21,891 nt of DNA from Promethearchaeota archaeon (GTDB lineage Archaea; Asgardarchaeota; Lokiarchaeia; Sigyniarchaeales; SOKP01). The number at the start of each line of letters is the position of its first letter. Positions within the stretch are counted from its first letter, which is position 1. The notes under the pieces are model-generated. The model saw only the letters and a list, made by a program, of their open reading frames with translations, was not told the origin of the DNA and searched no databases. A program made the translations under genes and the position numbers. The DNA lies in contig SHMW01000071.1 in assembly GCA_008080735.1 (NCBI GenBank), positions 1 through 21,891 on the forward strand. The letters run 5' to 3'. Shown here in pieces: positions 16,389-21,891 of the stretch.

Positions 16389-19300
16389 TTAGTTAATCAG
16401 TTTATATCTCTTTCTCAATAAAACTATTAGAAATGCCATTCCGAGTATAGACGCAAGTATAATTATCTCGTAACTGGGGATAATTTGAATAATACCGACC
16501 TCTACTTTAATTATCGCCGATACGTAATTATAATATGAATCATAACTTCGAATCTCCAACCAGTATTCACCTCTCTCTAAAGATTTCTTATTTGTAATAA
16601 TGCCATTGTCGTTAACTTGAAAATTATTTGTGTCATTTACGGAATAAAAAGCGATGCCAGTGGGATCAGTTGCATTTACTTCATAACGAAATGGATTCCC
16701 TTGATAAATGTACTGGTCGGTTGGGATTTCGATCCATTTTGGAGCTATATCATCTAAAATTCCGAAAACACCTACATTATCTATGAGCCAGCCACGATAA
16801 TTATCATCATCTTGGCTAATAGTATTATTATCAACGCTAAAACTGAATTCTATTTGAACATGCCCTAAACCCGCCAAGAATGAGAGATTATACAGCTCTC
16901 TAGTCCATGGTTCGATATCTGCTTTATAATAATCAATCTGATACAGTTCTGTTTCCCACCATTCTTCTTTATAATGAACTCGTACACGGGATATATCCCA
17001 CACATATTTTGCCTCTCTCCAGTGATAAAAACCTAAGTATAAATCGCTTCCCGCATTAGTCAAATTTATGGGAATCGTCTCAATTTTCCCCCTTTGATTA
17101 TTTTCTCTGGGATAGTGCCCCGTATCCTCCTCTCCCCACCACATAGAATGAGTTGGTGAGTAAGAAGAATTTGGATATTCCGAAGCACCATCTGTAATGT
17201 GCCATTTACCCTCAAGTGTCTCCCATTTGGAGAGATCCTCTTCAAAATCTTCGAAAAAGAAATATTGACGAGAATATACGGTTTTCGTTTTTTCATTATT
17301 TCCGGTGTATGCTTCACCATCAATATGGTCTGCTAAAGCACTAATATTATGGGTATCTGGAAACCCAGGATTCCAATCATAGTTCAATGAATATGAATCT
17401 CCTGGGTTCAAATTTGGAATCACTGTAGAATTAAGAATGGTTCCATCAAGAGTTAAGCTAAAATTTAGATTATTAATAGGATCACTATATAAATCACCAT
17501 AATATTTTGCTTTCGCCTCTATTTGAGTAAATCCGTGAGTATTTGGATATTTTGGAGCGTTAATGCTTACTGAAATATCCTCAATAAAAGAAGTTTCAAC
17601 TGTTGCTGTACCATTTCCCGAAACAGCTTTAGCAACTAAATAAAAAGTCCCAGACACCTCAGGCGAGAAGTAGATTTCTTCTCTTCGTCCTTTTACTGGA
17701 GATATACTTGAAGCAGCTAGTATTGGTTCCCCCAGATGTGTACCTTTTCCTTCATACAGAAAGAGGTCAAAATCTGAATTCTTGGGTATATCTAATTGAA
17801 ACCTATAAGCCTTGTCTTTACTCAGATCAACATTTCTCGCAACGCCATGGGGAGCAAAGGAATTATGTAAACTGCTGGAGATATCACGTGAAAATGAACC
17901 ACCGATTTCCATATAATTCGTAAACGCTTGAATTGCCATATCAATATTGATCCTTCCATATCCTTCATGCGGATCTTTTCCTCCCCTATTTAATTCGGGG
18001 GAGTATCGACGACCGTATGATTCTCTTAATAAAGGAAAAGTTTCTGTTGCAGTCATTAACAGAAGTGCTTTTACCAATTTGGCTTGGCTAAAGGAATAGT
18101 CCCAGTTTGAGGCACCACCCATAGCTTCTATTAGTAGACTGGCTGCTCCTGAAACGGCAGGAGCACTCATTGAGGTTCCTTGTAATGGGGTAAGATCATT
18201 AAAAAATCCATCAGTATATATTCCCTCCGCGTCATTATCATTCGTATCGCTAGAAAAAATTGTAAGATCATTTACACTCCCTCCAGGTGCAGCGATATCT
18301 GGTTTGAGTGCTCGTTGTGAATCGAATGTACCACCTTGACTGCTATAATAAGTAATATTATCTTGAGAGTTTGTTGCCGCAACAGCGATAATATTTTCAG
18401 CTTGTCCAGGAGAACCAACCCTATTCTCTCCAGGTCCATCATTTCCAGCTGAAGCCACTACTACAATACCTTCTTCCATAGCAGTATTCACAGCATCATT
18501 TAGAGTTACACGACTCATCCCTCCCAAGCTCATAGAAATTATAGATATATTGTACCTTCTTTTGTTTTCAATGGCCCATTCTACACCACTGACTACATCA
18601 GAAAAATCTCCATATCCGCTTTTGCCAAGAACTTTAATCCCTACAAGATGGCTATCATTCGCAACACCTTTCCAGATATTACCGCTACCATAAGTATTCG
18701 GATCAAAAGGATAATCAAAGATTGCCCTAAATGCAATGTCGGGGTCCCGCACAGCTCCATCTTCGTCCTCATCACTATATGTTAAGTTTAATCGCAGATG
18801 GTACCTTCCAATTTTATTAGTTGTATCAATTTCTTCTCCCGAAGGATTATACACCCAATCATCAGATACTTTTGAGCTATAAGAATGGATAACCGAATTT
18901 TTATAAAGCATTATCGCAGTCGCATTCACATCATCATTAGATTGCGTATAATCATCGAATTGAAATATAAGATCGATATCTTTTGTATCGTTAATAATTT
19001 CAAAGCTCGCTAAATCAATAGAGATGGTGCCTTCTTGTACATTTAGTCCCGTATGGTTGAGTACGATATTTTTGGTAATATAATATGTGTTAGAATCGCT
19101 TGTAGATGCTCCGATACCTTCTCCTGCCGCAATACCCGCAACATGTGACCCATGCTGGTTATCATCATATGGGGTTGATTGATTATTCTCAGTAAAATCC
19201 TTCCAACCAACGATCTTATATTTGAAATCACCATCTCTATATCCATTATGAAAATTATGTGAATCGTCTATTCCAGAATCGATAATCGCGATTGAACTTG

Positions 19301-19967
19301 ATTCATCTCCATCGTATCCAAGTTTATTCCATACATACGGTCTTAAATTCATATTTCTCCCCGTATAATATAGATTGCTTTTAATTTTTCCATTCTCCTC
19401 TAAGAAGAACGGTATATCCAGTAAATCTAATTTATCGCGAAAATCACCGAGACCTCTGTAGGAAATCTCACCTGAAAATCCATTTATCGCGGTATCATAT
19501 TGTTGATCTATTACACCTTTATACTCTCTAAAGATTTTTACTATCTTATTTCTGTATATGTCAGGAAATTGGATAATGATTGCCGATTTTCCTTTTTCAA
19601 TGAATTCGGTTTTTCCTTTAAAATCTCCTAGGTGAGAATCATAGTTGTTCTGCCCACTTCCATATTCAAAGTTTGCGCCGCTATTTGTTAAATTAAGAAT
19701 CTTTTTATCTAAATCATCATCTATACCATTATGATTTGTATCATATGGATCCTTATTTTCCTTCCATTTCATTAATTCTGGTTTGTTATACTTTGAGTTT
19801 TTTAAATTAGGTTTTAATCGCCTATTGACATTTTCGGATTTTGGTTGATTATTTCCCGTAAAAACATACCTACCCAAAAAAGGAAAGCTTATAGAAAAGA
19901 TCAAGACAATAATTATAAAACTCGAAATGAATTTTTTATGTTTAATTTTGATGTTTAAATTTCTCAT
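16389..19967 (-). CDS. Membrane-anchored multidomain S8 subtilase: signal peptide, I9-like prodomain, S8 with internal insertion, PPC-like, CARDB-like, jelly-roll, cadherin/Ig-like, C-terminal TM anchor
   Basis: Asp in IAIIDSGID (19278-19280), His in HGSHVAGIAAG (19152-19154), oxyanion Asn in SAGNDG (18441-18443) and Ser in GTSMSAP (18171-18173). Prodomain YDTAINGFSG; PPC-like DFDLFLY...GTFYLVAK; tail IIPSYE-TM-RKRYK. SD-like GGTGGT lies 7 nt upstream of the ATG. Confidence 0.95.
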   Translation of the reverse strand: MRNLNIKIKHKKFISSFIIIVLIFSISFPFLGRYVFTGNNQPKSENVNRRLKPNLKNSKYNKPELMKWKENKDPYDTNHNGIDDDLDKKILNLTNSGANFEYGSGQNNYDSHLGDFKGKTEFIEKGKSAIIIQFPDIYRNKIVKIFREYKGVIDQQYDTAINGFSGEISYRGLGDFRDKLDLLDIPFFLEENGKIKSNLYYTGRNMNLRPYVWNKLGYDGDESSSIAIIDSGIDDSHNFHNGYRDGDFKYKIVGWKDFTENNQSTPYDDNQHGSHVAGIAAGEGIGASTSDSNTYYITKNIVLNHTGLNVQEGTISIDLASFEIINDTKDIDLIFQFDDYTQSNDDVNATAIMLYKNSVIHSYSSKVSDDWVYNPSGEEIDTTNKIGRYHLRLNLTYSDEDEDGAVRDPDIAFRAIFDYPFDPNTYGSGNIWKGVANDSHLVGIKVLGKSGYGDFSDVVSGVEWAIENKRRYNISIISMSLGGMSRVTLNDAVNTAMEEGIVVVASAGNDGPGENRVGSPGQAENIIAVAATNSQDNITYYSSQGGTFDSQRALKPDIAAPGGSVNDLTIFSSDTNDNDAEGIYTDGFFNDLTPLQGTSMSAPAVSGAASLLIEAMGGASNWDYSFSQAKLVKALLLMTATETFPLLRESYGRRYSPELNRGGKDPHEGYGRINIDMAIQAFTNYMEIGGSFSRDISSSLHNSFAPHGVARNVDLSKDKAYRFQLDIPKNSDFDLFLYEGKGTHLGEPILAASSISPVKGRREEIYFSPEVSGTFYLVAKAVSGNGTATVETSFIEDISVSINAPKYPNTHGFTQIEAKAKYYGDLYSDPINNLNFSLTLDGTILNSTVIPNLNPGDSYSLNYDWNPGFPDTHNISALADHIDGEAYTGNNEKTKTVYSRQYFFFEDFEEDLSKWETLEGKWHITDGASEYPNSSYSPTHSMWWGEEDTGHYPRENNQRGKIETIPINLTNAGSDLYLGFYHWREAKYVWDISRVRVHYKEEWWETELYQIDYYKADIEPWTRELYNLSFLAGLGHVQIEFSFSVDNNTISQDDDNYRGWLIDNVGVFGILDDIAPKWIEIPTDQYIYQGNPFRYEVNATDPTGIAFYSVNDTNNFQVNDNGIITNKKSLERGEYWLEIRSYDSYYNYVSAIIKVEVGIIQIIPSYEIIILASILGMAFLIVLLRKRYKLIN

Positions 19968-20244
19968 ATTTTGACCACCATTAGATTTTAAAAAAGAGAT
20001 TTCTTCAGATCTGGTTGTTAATAATATAAAAAGTGAATTACATAAAGCTGGGTTTGATAAATGATTAAAAAATTGGAGATAAAGCTATAAATATTAAAGC
20101 TTCTAAATTAAGACTTATAAAAGATAACAAATCAAATCCAAATCAGAGTGAACACATAAAAGAAAAATTACTTTTCTGAATAAGATAAACCATTTGAATC
20201 AAATTTCTATTTCAATAAACCTTATCTCAAGTTAAATATTTTGG

Positions 20245-21705
20245 TTATATCTTTGAACCATTTTGGTTTAAATCTTTCTTTTTTTGAGATTCTAGGATTT
20301 TAGCTCGTTTACTTAAAATATCTTGAATTTTATCTCTATCATCCGAATACCAGCGAAGGGCAACAATCCATAAGATCACCCCGGGAAGAATGCAGAGAAC
20401 CACCAACAAAACTGTTATCTGATAGTTTTGACTGGTTAGTGAAAGTAGGAAACCGCAGAGGACAGGCCCTACCCCGCGACCAAATGCTTCCAAGAATTGG
20501 TTCCAAGATATTATTTGGCCCTGGGCTTCGGGCAGATTAATTGCTTGAAGTACTGGACTCTGATTAACCACATACAGAGAAAAAAAGGACCTTGAAGTGA
20601 AAAATAGAATTCCCATCCACCAGATAAGCGGTAAACTGAGCAGATATCCGATGTCTTTTCCTTGCTCTGGAGTCAACGGTCGCCAAGGAAGGAAGAAGAA
20701 TGCGGCAAATGTTATTAATCCTCCTATAATTGAAACCACAATAATAGGCAGCCTTATGAGCTCATTATTTTTTGCAAGTTTATCGCAGACTTTTGCTAAC
20801 ACAAGCTGACCTAAGATACCACCCGTAAGTCCAAAAACCACAAGAAAGATACTTGTAGAAAATTCCGAAATGTTAATAGGAGGATTTTGGATAAAATTTA
20901 GAATCATAAAGTTTAGACTCGACATAAGAATCCACGTAAAAATCCCTTCTATTAATGCAACTCGATTAGTCTTGCTCAACATGGTTTCTTTCATAGTCTT
21001 CTTATCAATTTGAAAGTCATATTGAATTTCCTCACTCTTCAATATATGAAACAATTCTTCTTGAAAGGCAGCCCGCTTAGGTTCTTCGTTATGTAATGCA
21101 AAAATCAACCCGGCTAAGAGAATTAACCCTCCAATTCCCAAAAAAAATTCCCTCCATAGCCCAATCTGTACCATAAAAGTGGCAACTAGCCATCCAAAGG
21201 TGTTAGTACTAACTCTGACAAGCTCATATATCCCGAAGAATTGGGAGCGTTGATATCTGGGTACAACATCATTCGAGATTGATATTACCGCTGGCCAACT
21301 CCCCCCGCTGAAAAAACCAAAAATGGAAATGAGGATCACGAAATAAAGCCAGGTCAATTGTCCTTGTCCCGCAACTGCGAAACCTAAGAGAAATACCGGT
21401 AAACCTCTAAATAAAGAGATTAGGATAACGATCGCTTTTCTAGAATATTTATCAATTAATCTTCCGAAAATCAACCCCCCGATTGCCGAACTCCACGAGA
21501 GTGAAGAATAAAGGATCCCCATTTCGATAAAATGGGTTGGTTCCCCAGGCCAGAAAATTTCCGAAAGTGGAACGATTAGAACAATAAAGGACCCATAAGC
21601 TATAGATTGAAAGCCATTTAGTAGATAAAGGGGCCATAACATAGAATTAAAGTTAATCTTTTCATCTAAATGATTTTTTTTCTCTGGATTTTTAGAATTT
21701 TCCAT
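20245..21705 (-). CDS. MFS transporter
   Basis: Motif A GRLIDKYSRK; ISNDVVPRYQRSQFFGIY; WREFF after TM5; EEPKR after TM6; second-half CDKLAK and INLPEAQG...GRGVGP. About 12 TM segments. Confidence 0.92.
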   Translation of the reverse strand: MENSKNPEKKNHLDEKINFNSMLWPLYLLNGFQSIAYGSFIVLIVPLSEIFWPGEPTHFIEMGILYSSLSWSSAIGGLIFGRLIDKYSRKAIVILISLFRGLPVFLLGFAVAGQGQLTWLYFVILISIFGFFSGGSWPAVISISNDVVPRYQRSQFFGIYELVRVSTNTFGWLVATFMVQIGLWREFFLGIGGLILLAGLIFALHNEEPKRAAFQEELFHILKSEEIQYDFQIDKKTMKETMLSKTNRVALIEGIFTWILMSSLNFMILNFIQNPPINISEFSTSIFLVVFGLTGGILGQLVLAKVCDKLAKNNELIRLPIIVVSIIGGLITFAAFFFLPWRPLTPEQGKDIGYLLSLPLIWWMGILFFTSRSFFSLYVVNQSPVLQAINLPEAQGQIISWNQFLEAFGRGVGPVLCGFLLSLTSQNYQITVLLVVLCILPGVILWIVALRWYSDDRDKIQDILSKRAKILESQKKKDLNQNGSKI

Positions 21706-21891
21706 TTTTCATGTGAAGATATGTTATTAGAAATCTCTTAAGCTGAATATAATAGGTAAAAGTTACATTATATAAATTCTATACTCTATATATTTTTGTA
21801 TAAAATCAGATGCAGATTCTTTGTAGGGAGTTTTGAATGCATATCATTAACATTTATTAGTATCTAACACCTCATTTTATATTAATAAAAA

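Overview
AT-rich, gene-dense window that reads as Asgard archaeal, most likely Lokiarchaeia. This is inferred from a Rab-like GTPase with no prenylation cysteine, an archaeal Pre-PUA/PUA protein, a soluble multi-PAS histidine kinase, TATA-type promoters, oligo-T terminators and Loki-CTERM-like C-terminal anchors. The left part (1-5.9 kb) holds a 5'-truncated coiled-coil plus helical-bundle protein, an orphan 3xPAS histidine kinase, the Rab-like GTPase, a 2H phosphoesterase divergent from a Tma20/MCT-1-like PUA protein, and two small divergent hypothetical genes. The right part (6.1-21.7 kb) is a cell-surface and membrane block. Two very large membrane-anchored serine proteases (a V8-type S1 glutamyl endopeptidase on a six-repeat stalk, and a subtilase with a ~140-aa insertion in its catalytic domain) converge on a stand-alone 7TM protein, an MFS transporter, a 4TM protein and a MacB/LolCDE-type ABC system whose permease lacks its first ectodomain. 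A second MFS gene closes the window. No rRNA, tRNA, CRISPR array or mobile element was seen. All family calls come from motif recognition by eye; no searches were run.
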